A stretch of DNA of 64,000 nucleotides, from NCBI GenBank assembly GCA_008632985.1, contig QPGO01000039.1:248001-312000 (forward strand), written 5' to 3'. How positions within the stretch are numbered: the stretch's first letter is position 1; every line of letters begins with the position of its first letter. This DNA comes from Psammoneis japonica. Its lineage: Eukaryota. The notes below the pieces were generated by a model, which saw nothing but the letters and a program-made list of their open reading frames with translations, was not told where the DNA came from and ran no database searches. Position numbers and translations under genes: made by a program. Below, piece after piece: positions 1 through 12,950 of the stretch.

Positions 1-34
1 TCACCCCTATACCTTCAAGAGCGACACGTTGCAT

Positions 35-490
35 CTACACCGAGTCTATGGTGGCAATACAGGCCAAGAATTTGCGCAATTCTTCAAGCTTGGGATTGGT
101 GCCTTTGCGGATTTTCCCGACCACGCGGTGTTTGCAAGGGAGCTGTACAATCGTTTGCAGATTCGAGGAGATGGTTTTTTGTTGTTTTCCGACGTGAAGG
201 GACAGTTTTAGTTCATCATCAGGAGCATTCGGCAGTAGCGGGCTAGAGATTGACAGCATGGCGCCGGATGCACCCCCAAAACGATAAGGCCACTTTGTCG
301 ATGGATTCAAAGAAATCATTAGTACTTGTAGCTCTACGGAAGCACGAAGAAGTTCAGGGGATTTAACGAGCACTTCGATACCCAAGCAAACCAGGGACGA
401 ATTTTTTGCGGCCTTTTCTTTTTTGACACAAGCGGCGAACTTGTCAAAGCAAAGTACTTGCGCTATAATATTGTAGAAGTTTGGTTACCC
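35..490 (-). CDS. Fragment of an uncharacterised gene, unmutated paralog of the decayed copy at ~2770-4870; structure uncertain
   Basis: Open frame NFYNIIAQVLCFDKFAAC...LRKFLACIATIDSV. Nucleotides 42-489 align by eye with 4416-4867. No clear start codon. Confidence 0.35.
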
Positions 491-1004
491 TCGTTTCAAA
501 TTGCATATCGAGGATGCTTGCACTTGTTAGTTACTACCTGGTATAGCTAGCTGACGCCTTGTAAAGGAGTCCGATTTTATTCAATCAGAACGATAGGGAC
601 GTGGCAGAGAGAAAGGAGGGATTGAAGCGCGCGACTTCAATGCCGATAGAGGGCTCTGGGCTATTGTTGCGACGCTCTCTAAGCTAGAAAGATGGAATAG
701 TTGACGATTCACATCTCTTCAAGGCAGGTTCTGTCTTCTATCCCGTTTTTCTGGGGCATTGAATACATAACTAGTGCCCTATTGATTTTCTAAACGAATC
801 TATACATTATCAATCTTCTTAGTGAATGTGTGTACAGTACTATCAATCTTCTAAAACAATGGAGATGTGCACTATCAATCCTCTAAAATGGATGGACCCA
901 AATTCCCTATTGGTTCGATGAAGATGGAACATTCCGGCATCTACGTCCAGGGGAAATTGTGCGTCCTCGGTGGGCCCATCATTGATGCCATTCAATGCTT
1001 ACGT

Positions 1005-2101
1005 TTAGTCACAGACCCACGCCGGTGCAAAGCAATAACTCCGAGTGGGAGTATCGTACGGTGGGTCGCAGCCTTTTTCGAACAGGATGTACTCGTCATC
1101 ATCAAGCTTGAGGCACCTAAGCCGCCTGGCACTACTTCTGGAGAGAACACAGTAATTGCATCCTGCGCTACCTCCACTGGTGCATTCATCCCAAGGGTCG
1201 CAAGTAGAGTCAGCAGAGATAGAAATATGGTAGTCGCCGCCAAGATCAGCTCCTGTGCTTTTGACATCAACAATGTAATCCGTAAAAGAGGCATGGTACT
1301 CCCCCAAAACAAGAAAGTAAGTGCCACCCAAATTGTCGACATCACCGTTCTTTTCGCCTGCGCCAAACGACAGCATGCTCTTTGTACCTTCGCCGCCATC
1401 ATCGTCCATCGCAATCAACTCGCCGAAAGGATTATACAAAGCAATCATAGTGTCGTCGATCTCAGACCAATAGGTGTCGATTTCGAGAAAGGTTTCAAAG
1501 GATGTCAAATAAATCGTGAAGAAAAGGACCTCATTAGGATCCAAATATCCTGAGTAATCCGATCCAATGCTGTTCACTCTGCCGAAATCATGCTCAATCG
1601 GCGGCAGCAGATTAGTGTCGGTATAGACCATAATGTGGTAGGTGCCGCCACTACCGGCTCCTTCGACTTCAAAGTTGTATTCATAAAAGGTGGTTCCATA
1701 CTCTCCCACCGCAAGGTAGTAAGCGCCAGCCGGAGGGACCGGTCCGTCGGAACCCGCGTAGGACTCCGGTCCATAAATGCCTTCACCGGAGCCAACGCCA
1801 AACGACAGTGTGCTCATCAAACCGCCTCCACATCGTCGTCCTCCGCAAGCAAATAACCATCTGAATCATACAGAGCAAGAAAAGTGTCGAAATCATGGTC
1901 AGCCTCGGTTGTAATGTCAAGATACGTTTCCTCGCCTGTCAAATATAACCCATACCAATGCACCTCGTTTGGCCTTAGAGAATCCTCATAGCTAAACCCG
2001 TATCCGATGTTAATAAAGGTATCTTCGACCTTCGGCTGTGCCTGAACTGCTGCCATTCCTGCAATGGAAGCGAGGAAAGCAAGAGATGTGCCAAGCTTCA
2101 T
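1005..2101 (-). CDS. Secreted protein with two PPC/DVUA0089-like beta domains and a Cys-rich tail; one frameshift at ~1830
   Basis: Signal peptide MKLGTSLAFLASIAGMAAVQA. Repeated motif D-T-x-[LI]-A-L-Y-x4-5-[LI]-A-x-D-D-D-G-G. Adding one G at ~1830 joins ORFs 1817-2122 and 1005-1820 as DDDGGGGLMSTLSFG, matching repeat 2 (DDDGGEGTKSMLSFG). Confidence 0.7.
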
Positions 2102-2771
2102 GGTGCTTGTCCTGCGTTGCAAAAAGGCAAATCGATATAGTTTTTAGTCAATGATCTCGTTGGTCCATTGCACAGTCTTGAACACACGTCGGAGAAATCC
2201 TGGCAGTACAGAGCCATAAGTACTTTCAAATAGTACAAGATGAAGCAAAAGGATAGGTCTTTCAATCGCAGATGAGGTCTTGGACTGCCGCTCTCAAGAC
2301 GATAGCGAAGTCCTGATGGTGCACAGAGTGTGTCACGGAACAATGCATACTTAATTTATAAGGAGAGTGTGGGGGGGAGGGGTTTCCCAGGTAACAGGGC
2401 ATTGTGGATAGATGCTCCAAATGATGGTCAACTCGAAGTGTGTTGGAGAGAGAGGAGTGGAAAGAAGAAAGAAGACAATGAAGCTCCACGTTACCAGCAA
2501 CACACCTCTACTGTATGTATCCAATACATAGAGTGGCCATATGAAACGAGTTTGCGCTCACCTTTATCGGAATTGTTGCTGTTGTCGTTGTTGTTGCAAT
2601 TACAGTGTTGTTGCTCAAGTAGTGTTTTGTGTTTTATGATCACGTGTTTTTTCTTTGCCGTCCAAACTCCAAACTCATACAAACTGGAGTGGTCTTGCTT
2701 TTGAACATTTGAAATAATCTCGACACGAGAATCTCTGTATTAAAAAACGCGAAAGCGTGTCAACTTGGGTG

Positions 2772-4870
2772 TCAACCCGACCCGAACCCCGAACGCATCC
2801 ATCGTGTCAACACCTCCTCATGGTGCTTGTTGTTGTTGTTGTGCTTTCTCTTCCTCTTCTTCCCGTACCAATTACAGACCTCCCAAGCCGGGAGTGGTTG
2901 TTGTGATAAGTGAGCGCCGTTCACTTCACCATCAGAAATTTCCGGGTTACTATACGTAGGTTCTACCTCACTTTTTGTACAGGCCCAACAGAATCTCTCG
3001 GAGACGCTTTGTCCGTCACCGCCGGAACCCGAAAGAAGGCGTAAGGAGAGAGGAGCCGCCTCGCTCTCTTCTTTTCCAGCAGTGCACTGTTGCACATCTT
3101 TGGCGCATTGCAAAAGCAGAGTGTGCAGCTGGCTGATCAAGCTGCTTTGCAGCCTTTTTCTCCTTTGTCAACTGGCAAAATGTCAAAAACTTTTTTGTCA
3201 TTGGCAGCATGGGTTTGCCCCCCAGGTGAGAAATTTTCAAACAACTCGTGAGATTTTCTGCGCGTGTCTGAGCACATGACCAGCACCAAATCTGTGCAAG
3301 AAAATTTGAGCTCCAAAACAAGGATTGTTTTCATGTGTTGCATCACAAAGCAGTGTGCTTGCCAAAAATGGCACTGTGCTGTGGCTCTCACCCATTGTCT
3401 GACAAGCTGTCGTCGTGACCAAGAGAAAAGGTGAGAGCATGCCAAGGCGGGTGAACGAGACTTGCTCTGCATGACAACTTTGTCAAAATTTTGAGCTTTG
3501 CTGTTGGTTGTGTCTTGTGCAGAGGTTTTTCACTTGTGGCATTTTTGACATCTCTTTGTCTGGTGGGGCTTTCTGCAAAATTTGTTGGCTTGGTTTTGAC
3601 TTGGTGCTGGTGTCTGCAACAAGAGCAGCGCAAGTTTTCTCGTGATGTCTCAGCACGGCTCTCATGTTGCATTGTTGGCACTTTGCACATCATTGTGGGC
3701 AACACTTTTGCCTTCACAGAGAGTCACTCAAACATGTCAAAATTTTTGGCGCCAGCAAAAGAGTGATTTTTTTTGCTCAGTTTTGAGGGCACAAGGCAAC
3801 CAAGAAGCTGCCAGACAGCTGCAACAGGTGTGACATTGCAAAGCACAACAATGAGATCAGCAACATGAAACATGGGTGCACAAGCAAAATTGGAGTTGAC
3901 CATTTCATCTTTGATGGGCATCCAGCTCCACTTAGAAGCCCCGCTTGCAAGTCTTGCAAGGGGTCCAAAACATCTGAGTGGTGTGACCATGTGTGTCAGA
4001 AACAGCTGGGGTCATTTTTGCAAATGAGCACAGCTCTTTTTTGTTCTTTGGCTTGGCAATCTGATCAACTTTTGTCTCAGCCTTACATCCAAAAGGCAAA
4101 ATGTGAACTTGTTTGGCACTTGCTTTGAGTCTCCCCGCCACATCTCAGATCTCATCTTGAGAATTTCATCAGCCAGTTTCTCAAAATGTTGTTTGAATGA
4201 CCTCTTTGTGATTGTTGGTGGGTTGTCTGTGTGCACGCACACAAAAGCCAAATCTTGGAACAGGTGTGTCTCATGCTTTCCCTGCAGAAAGTTTGAAGTG
4301 CACAGCCCAGCTCCCAGGATGACGTGTTGAGCCTCACATGTGGCAGCAACCCATGTTTGGTGTTTGGATCAAGCAAGGTTGCCCACTGAAGACCAGCACA
4401 TCCTGAGTCCTTGCAGAGTCTGTGGCAGCAATGCAGGAAAAAAGTTTGTGCAACTCTTCAAGCTTGGGACTGATGACACCTTTGCAGATGTTTTTGACCA
4501 CCAGTGTTTGCGTGAGAGCTGCACAATTGATCCTTTTTGCAGATTCAATGAGATGTCATTTGTTGTTTTCTGATGTGAAGGGACAATTTTAGCTCATCAG
4601 AACCACTCGACAGCACCGGGCTCAAGCTTGACAACATTCCGCTGCATGAACCCACAAAACGATGATGCCAATTTCTCGATTCAAAGAAAGCATTGCTTGC
4701 AGCTCAGCCGAAGCATGGACAAGTTTATGGGAGTTCATGAGCACTCACACAAGTGGCAAAAAAAAAAGAAAACAGTGAAAGTTTGTGCGGCCTGTCATTT
4801 TCTGACACAAGCGGCGACCTCATCAAGGCAAACTGCTTTTGCTGTAATTTTGTAGAAGTTTGTTACCTTG
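2772..4870 (-). pseudogene. Hypermutated, fragmented paralog of the gene at window start (block A)
   Basis: 4416-4867 is homologous to 42-489. Frames are broken and TA/CG are depleted from ~3080. Confidence 0.6.
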
Positions 4871-5049
4871 TACTTTCCCCTTCTCCCAGCGACTTGCGAC
4901 AATTGCATCCGTCGCGGGAGCTACTCAGATGCCAATAATCAGACACGAGAGACTATTCTCAGAGAATGACAACGCCACCAGAACATAAGAGACGCACATC
5001 GGAGCTAGCAAAATGAGAAGATTCTAAAACATTAATTTTTATGAATGAA

Positions 5050-8046
5050 CTACACAGCTGTTGCCGCTCTAGGTGCTGTACCTTTTGCTTGTTGCGTCGA
5101 ATCTCTGCAAAAATCGCCTCCAAATCGAATCGTTCGATCTTCGTTGCCAATAGAGTTACATTTTTCCTTGCCTGCCTCCACGTTGGATGTTACGTCCTCT
5201 TCCACGACAGTATCCACAATAGTCAAGCTGAACGAGGAACGCAGACGGCTTTGTGCAGAATCAGTGTCGGTGGAACCTACGGTAAAACCAGCACTTTTGA
5301 TCTCGGCTGACTTTCGAGTAGCCGACCCTACACTGTTCGTACTAGGACCAGCCACGGAACTTTCGGAAGGGGCTTTCATATAGCTACCTGGGAGGTTTGT
5401 CAGATCTGGAGCCGAGCTATTTCTGCTTGAGCTCGTCAGCGGTTTGCTATCTGTCTCTGTCTCAATAGGAATGCCCATCGAGAGAGCGAGTTCTCGAAGC
5501 TCCGTCAAGACAGGCTCGTGTATCTCGTAGGCAATCGGTAGTATGACGTTGCCGTTCCTGTCTTTCATTTTCTTGTCCGCCTTTACAGCCAAGCGATACC
5601 CGTTGGTGACAATTCGTCGACAGTCATCCTCACTTCCGCGCAACTCGCATAACCTAGATGCGACGCGCAGACAAAGTTCCGCTACCATTCCATACGGAGA
5701 CCAGCAGAGCTTGGTGTACACGGAATCCAAAAAGTCTGGTAAAGTGCATTTCTCTTCATCCACGAGCCACTCTACAGCGTCCTCAAAGTCCGCGAATCCT
5801 TCTACATCATGGCAAATGTCCAGCAACATTGTAAGCGGTCGAAAGACTGGTAAGCAAGGGGTCACCCCGTCCTTTCCAAAGTGCTTTTCAAAATTTTGGA
5901 CCACGTGTTCTACAAAAAGCTTTTTCATTTCCAAAGCTTTTCCTCGAGGCTTTTGAATCCTAATCACTGGCAGAAGTAACTCGCACATGTTGAGAATATT
6001 CTTTGGATCCATAAGGGGAAGAAGGTAACGAATGACGTCGTCGCAAGCTTCCAGTGCCTCGTCCATGCGTCCCAGCTGCATGTACCACAGCGCCAACTGC
6101 GAAAAGGCTTGAGCCGAGCGATCCGTCCCGTACTGTTCTGCAATTTCTTTGGAATGCTCCAATGGATCGTAGATTGATTTGAGTAATTCAAACGATTCCA
6201 GTGCACCTTGGTAATTTCCCAAGCGAGCCTTGACTTCGCACTATTTGAAATGGACACGAGTGTTAGCAGATTGATGCAAACGAGACTTGACCTCCTTGTA
6301 GTCACTAAAACATTACTGACGTACCTGCATGGCCAATGCTCGAGTGTAGTGCACAGGATCTCCATGCAGTTTTGTCTCCCGCACAAATTTCTTGACCAAA
6401 TTTTGTTCAAAGTTGCACTCCTTGTCTTGCTGAATTTTTCCGCCCTTGAGAAAGACGAACAGTCCCGAAAATATAGGAAATATAATGGATCGGTCAGGCA
6501 TATCAATCGATGCCGGGCATTGCTCGTAAATCTCCAAGGCATCCAACCACGCCTGAGCGGCACTCTTTTGTCCCGACGCGACTGCCGAGTGAAAGGTCCC
6601 CTCCACGCGTCCCTTGGCAATGAGTAGCTGCATAATGTACTCCAAGTCTTGCGGCGAAAAGGTCGATATTTCATCCATGGTAAAGCCGCCGATCTTTTGC
6701 TTGTTGGCTCTTGCCGGATCCACCTGCCACACGGCCAAGGCGTCGTCAAAGAGCGTGATGCTTTTTTGAACGAGACCCATGTCTTCGTACATTTTACCAA
6801 TCATCAAGGCGAGTTTGGCGGTCTTTTCGTGTTGTTCTTGCTTGGAACGTTCTGTTTGCAGCAACGATGGCTGCCGCGATATTTGCAAGAGCTGACCAAT
6901 CTTGACTTTTGCACCAGAATCCTTTAGCGCAACAAAGAGCTTTGGGTACACCAAACACCACACGGGAGCCATGGCGAAGGAACAAAATATGCATATAGAC
7001 AGGTAAGAGCGGGCATTGACGGATTCCACCATAAACAAGGCAGGACACGCAACAGCAGCCACGATTGTGACTGCCTTGATGCTTGACCAGACCGCGTTGG
7101 CTTCGTCAAACACTTTGGGCAAGTCGTTGCGACTCGTTACCGACAAGTAGGCCGTCAAACAATACGGCACAACCATGAAAATGCCCGAAACCCATGTTGT
7201 CCAATGTCCATGTCCCGTCTGACACTCGTATCGACCATTCCGGACCGACAAGCTTCCACGAAGTTGCGGTACAACTAAATGACAGATTTGAAACAAGAGC
7301 TGCGGTAGAGACAAGAGTGTTACGAGCAACAAGAGGCGAAGAATTGTGACTTTGCGGCGCAACGTGGTGCGATTCAAACTCGATGGCTGCTGCGTCACGC
7401 CTCCTGCTCCGCTACTGCCGCACATGATTGCTCTGCAACAATACTTTGGTTCAAAATCGGCAATCCTAGACAGGCACCCCAACAATTGTTGCTTGACAAA
7501 CGAATTTGCCGTCCCCTGACGCTGCTGTTCCAGGACGGGTGACATGAGAAGAATAATTCTCCATATTCGCGCAAGAAGGATATTCCCCGAAACGGTGAGC
7601 GGACCAAAGATAAAGGGATCCCGAAGCAAACAGTGCGTATCGTTGAGAGGCAAAATCAAGTAGCAACTACCAATCGCAAAGGACCCCACCAGCATGAGAA
7701 TGGCCAACACGGGCGATTGTGCCAGCTGGAGGGCGGCCTGCTTGCGGAACCGAATCAAAACTCCAACGCCTCCCAACCGAAACGCGACAATCAAGGACAA
7801 AATGACAGCCACAGAAATACGAAACGGTTCCGTTATTCCCTCAATTGTTTTTTCATGTTTGTCATCACTGGCTGCTGCTGCTGCTGCAGCTACTGGCAAG
7901 CAATATACCAGAGTGGATGCGAGTCTTTGGAGGTTATAGCGGCATGAAGCAAAAGAGGCAGACCCACGAGTGGCGGTCGTAGGCCTTCTTCTTTTCCTCC
8001 CAGCAGTACATCTACTCTCCTCTTGATCAACCATTTTCTCATACAT
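5050..8046 (-). CDS. Class C (GABA-B-like, 7tm_3) GPCR-type 7TM domain fused to a TPR-like helical region; 2 exons (intron 6241-6324)
   Basis: 7tm_3-like motifs RFRKQAALQLAQSP, C..R......LLARIWRI, TSRNDLPKVFDEA. A GT-AG intron joins RALAMQ to CEVKARLGNY in frame. The C-terminal region YDPLEHS...YGTDRSAQ resembles the tail of diatom soluble-adenylate-cyclase-like proteins. Start codon uncertain. Confidence 0.75.
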
Positions 8047-10439
8047 TTATATACAACAGAACTTCTTTCGCAGCAGAGCAGGAAAAGCGAGACGTAAGCA
8101 AGGGAAGGGTGAAGGAGCAACAACAAGAAGTAGTTCAACCGACAAAGCGCCACGTCTCTTGTGACGGAAAAACTGAAGGGGTCTTGCGAACTTCTTTCGA
8201 ATTTAGTAGAAATGACTCCTTTCTAAGTACGATAAACAGGTCATTTATTGGATTCTTGAATGTAACAAAAGACATACTGTATGTACAGTAGTCTAAAAAG
8301 TACAGTATGAATGAAAATGACCCTCCACGTCAGCTTCTTTTACTTATGCTCTACTACGTCATAAACTGTTTGTGATGCTCACCCTGCGGCGGTGCTAGAG
8401 AGCTATCGCGCAAAAGGGACACGTGTGACGTCCAGCCCCGCCCTGCCGTGTCTCGCGTGCATCATGATGTGCCCATGTGGTTGTCAGAAAGGAGAGAAGT
8501 GAACAAACATGTTGCACCTGGCATAGTTCGCCTTCTCCAAGTGTTCTTTGTACACAAAGACTTGAGACTTGCTCTCATTTGGGGACCAGCCAGCAACAAC
8601 CTGCTCACAGCACAAAAACCCCCAATCTTCTTTGCTCTCCCTGCCGGCTCTTCCCACTCTTGCTCACTCAGCCAGCTTTTTCGTGGCTTGTTTTGTTGGG
8701 GCAACAATGCTGGCAAAAAGTCATCCAATGCCCCACTCTTTCTCACAAAAACAGTTTGAGGCCATTGGCCTCATGACTGTGCCTCTTGAAGCCAACAACC
8801 CCATGTGGAAAGCTGCAAAGCAAAGAACAAGAACGAGGAGGGCACATTGCCAGCACAAAAAGGCTGTGTGCACCAAGGCTGCGCTTCTTGTCTTCATGGC
8901 TTTGTTTTGCAAAATTTACAAAGATCAATGACCACAGACACAAGACACAAGAGAGCTCATTTTGTGATGCTAGCTTGCATCAGAAACAAGCACCACAAAA
9001 GCTGTCTGGTGTGTGCACTGGCCTTTCTTTGAGGAGCAAATGGGGCAAAAGCAAAAAAAAAAAAGAAAGCCACATGGGGGAGCAGAAGACAAAGCTGCAG
9101 AAAGCTGCAGAAAGCTGCACTCAAGATCATTTGGGGCAAACAATGTGCAACAAACACAGTCAACTCCTTGCCTTTGCTGTTCTCAGCACGCGCTGCACGG
9201 GGGCCAGCATCCAGAAGAGGCTGGCAGGGGGAAGTGCCTGGGGAGAGCTTGGGGCCAACACAAGCAACAGACAACAGCTGAGACTCTTGGTTTGGGAGTG
9301 GAGTTTGGCAGTGCAGATGGTTTGAAGAGGCAAGCTGTTTGCTCCTCTTGAGGTGCCCCCCTTCTTCTTGGCATTGGGGCGCACTTAAATCTGGCTGCAT
9401 TTCAGGTGGTTCTTCCCCACCAAATCATGGCCCTGAAGTTTCCAATGCAAAACACTGGCAAGAAAGAGAAAGTCAACAGGAATGAGGCAAAAGACAAAAC
9501 AGCATGAGTTGCAAAGAAACTGTGTGGGTGACAAATTTGCAAGCAGAGGCCTGCCGCCATGGCATGGAAAAGGAAGAAGGAAAAGCTGATGAAAGCAATT
9601 GAAATCTGCTGGTGATGGGGTCACCATTTGCACTTTAAGAAAATTTCAAGCTGTGCTGAGTGCAGAGTCTTTTGGCTGCAGCCCTGTGATGGAGAATTTC
9701 AAGAGCTGTGGCTGTGCACCAAGCACTGTGTCACAAGGGTGATTTGCTGATGTTGCTCTGCACTCCAGTGGGGCCTTGTCACACTGCATCTTCCACAACA
9801 TGGGAAGAACAGAAAGCTTGTTGACAACTGGGGCAAGAAAGACAAATGTGGGTCAAGATGCAGCAGAGCAGTTGACACTGTGCACACAGCAATCCACTGC
9901 ACCCCACTCCCAACTGGAAGGTCTGTCAGTTGTTTGGAAAGAGGAGAAGAGAACAAGCCACCCTGTGCCCACCCTGCTCCCAACTGGGAGGTCTGTTGGT
10001 TGCATGGAAAGAGAAAGAGAAGCCTGGGCCCATCAGATCACAGAGAGCCACTTGCCTGAGGCACAAGCCATTGCAGCTGCAATGGGCTCAGAGCATCCTG
10101 TGCTGGTCGTTGTGGCACGTTGTTGCCTTTGACCTTGTGAACAGCTGATCCCCACAATTTCTTGTGCAAAACAAGCCTTTTTGAAAATGATGCACTGTGG
10201 CGGCAATCTTTTTGTCAAGCTGTGCACTGATGAAAAAGCAGTGCGTCATGGCATGGCTGTGCTCTTGAGAGTCTCATTGCCCACACAACACCATCATCAT
10301 GCAAAGTCATTTCTAGAATTTGGACGCCAACAATGGACGAGTCATCCCAGGAATTTTGGTCTTGTGTGCTGTGTGGCATCACTTCATGGTTTGAAGCTGT
10401 TTCTAGAATGCAATCAAAATGCAGACATGATTGGGAAGA

Positions 10440-12950
10440 GGTCAAAAGGAAGTTGTCTCATGGTGTGCAGCTGTTGGGTGCATTGAGGAACGGCTCATGA
10501 TGCTTGTCAAAAATCATTGCTTCAATTGTTGCAACATCCGTGGTGCCCCAGCAGTTTTCCCTTGCATCCATTGCCGCACCATTGCAACCCGATGGAAGCA
10601 TGACCGCAAGTTTTCCCGTGTTGAGAAAGGAATTTCCCAAACAACAGTCGTGGCACCACCTGGAGTGCTCCAATTTGTCACCCACATGTCTTTGTGTTCA
10701 GGCAAGCTCAAGCCTCACGAGCGACTCTTGAGTCGATTCCATCAAATGCACACATCTGCATCTGCATGGCCAACCAAAAAGCCAGCTGCAGCCATTGGCA
10801 AAGATGTTGTGCTCAATGCAAACATCCCATTTGGAGCACCAGATGCAAGAGCATTCAGAGAGATTGGACAACACTGAGTTGCAAAACAAAAAGCAGGCAG
10901 GTCCTGAATTGCCAGCAGCCGGCCAGAAGGCTCATCCATTGGTGATTGCACAGAGCTGCAAATCAACAAAGGTGGTGGAAGGAGCACTGGCTGACAAGAA
11001 AAAGGAAGAATGTCCTTGACCGTCAAAGGTGATTGGCTGGGTGTCCGTTCTGTGTGCCTTGACTGTGCCATGCACCAGAAACATCTCATCCCACTCGTCC
11101 ATGCCCGCGCCAAATGCTTGTGCTCCAGGCTTGATCGTCAGTGTCACTCCTTGCAGGATCTGCACTTTTTGTGTCAAATGATGTGGACTTTTGCTCAAAG
11201 GCCAGACTGTGTCAGAGGAGAGAATGTCGCCCACAACCAGTGCAGGAGTCATTGGCCGCATCGTCGGACCAGACGTCATGCCATCCATCAACAACCCAGG
11301 AACCTTTCTGTCTGGCTGCACCAGGAAAGGCTCAAACAGGACGCAGCCAGCTGTGTGGCTGTGTCATCATTTTTGTCCCAAATCTTGGAGTGAACAGTTG
11401 ATGCATTCATGGTGCCCCAGCAGTTTTGCCGTGCATCCACTGCCACCCCTTCACAACCCAATGGAAGTGCAACAGCAAGTTTTCCCATGTCAAGAAAGGA
11501 ATTTCCCAAAACAACAGTCGCGGCACCATCCGGAGCATTCCAATTCATTGTGCACATGTCTTTGTGTTCAGCCAAGCCTCAAGAGCAACTCTTGAATCGA
11601 CTCCATTGAATGTGTGTGCCTGCATCTGCATGGCCAACCAACAAACCAGCTGCGTTGGCAAAGATGTTGCATGCACTCAATGTCAATGTCCCATTTGGGA
11701 TGCCAGATGTGAGAGCATTTGGAGAGATTGGACAATGCTGAGTTGCAAAGAAAAAAGCAGCCAGAAGGCTCGTCCGTTGGTGATTGCACAGTGCTGCAGG
11801 TCAACAAAGGTGGTGGAAGGAGCACTGGCTGATGAGAAAAAGGATGAAAGCCCTTGGCCATCAAAGGTGATTGGCCAGGCTTCCGTTCTGTGTGCCTTGA
11901 CTGTGCCATGCACCAAAAACAACTCACCATGGTTGTCCAGCTTGGTGCCAAGTGCTTGCACTCCAGGCTTGATTGTCAGTGTCACTCCTTGTGGGATCTG
12001 AGCTTTCTGCAACAGACAACATAGACTTTTGCTCACAGCCCACATTGTGTCTGACAAAATCACACCACCTGCTGTTGTTCCTTGTTGAGGTGGTGCAGGC
12101 TCTGGTGCAGGATGCACCAATGAAGGTCCGGGTGCAGCCTTTGTTGGTTGAGGAGTCGGCGGCATTGTTGTTGGAGAAGGAGTCAGTTCAGGAGTTGGAG
12201 GCATTGTTGTCAGAGAAGGAGTTGCTTGTGGAGTTGGTTGCACTGTTGTTGGAGAAGGAGTCGGTTCAGGCATTGGCGGCATTGTCATCAGAGAAGGAGT
12301 TGCTTCTGGGCTTGGCTGCGTTGTTGTCAGAGAAGGAGTTGCTTCTGGAGTTGGCTCAAGAGTCATCTTGCCAACAGAAGACAGAACTGTTGGCTGCATT
12401 GTTGCCAAAACAGGAGTCGCTTCTGGTGTTGGGGGCAGAGATGTTTGTCCTGTGGAGAGCAGTTTGGTTTGTCGGTTTGTCTGTTGTTGCAGCTGGGACA
12501 GAAGTGCTCAGGGCAAGATTTGGCTCATCTGTTGGCGCATTTGAGGTGCCAGGACAGTCAGAGATGAGGTGCCAGGCTCCTCTGTTGCACCTTCAAATCA
12601 ACCGGATCAATTGGGGGAGAAGTTGACCCAGAGCTGTTGGCAGGTGCCAGACAAAAACTCTCCATTGCCACTTTGGAAGAGCAGAGCACCAATGACAGTG
12701 CCCAAAAGCAGGAAAGTTCCAGTGCCAGTGGCAAAGGCAATCCACTTCCATTTCCCACATTTGCGTTGTTCCAGAGATTTGTCTTCCCCAGGTGGTGTCA
12801 TCTCAACTGCCTCAGCTTCTTGCACCAATTGGGCAGTGACTTGAATGTCTGTGCTTTCTTGAATTGGAGCATTGTCTGGTCATTGTTGGGTTGTGAACAC
12901 TGTAAAATCCCCTTTGCCGTCAAGTCCACCATCCCAACAAGCACCAGGGC
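10440..12950 (-). pseudogene. Decayed membrane-anchored surface protein: TM segment, Pro/Thr repeats, two tandem beta-helix-associated domains
   Basis: TM WIAFATGTGTFLLLGTVIGALLF and a PTPSPT repeat tract. Two copies of ILSDTxW..SKS....QK.QI.QGVTLTIKPG...FLVHGTVKAH.T...PITFDG. Many frameshifts and stops. Confidence 0.65.
12161..12360. repeat. 39-bp (13-codon) tandem repeat encoding Pro/Thr-rich linker, ~5 units
   Basis: Units such as ggcattgttgttggagaaggagtcagttcaggagttgga and ggcattgttgtcagagaaggagttgcttgtggagttggt. Confidence 0.8.

Noticed and set aside
3080..4870. Ordinary 5mCpG decay or fungal-type RIP as full explanation
   Set aside because: CpG decay explains only the CG changes. RIP would raise TpA, the opposite of what is seen.
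12161..12360. CRISPR-like array
   Set aside because: These are contiguous 39-bp coding repeats without unique spacers, in a eukaryotic context with no cas genes.
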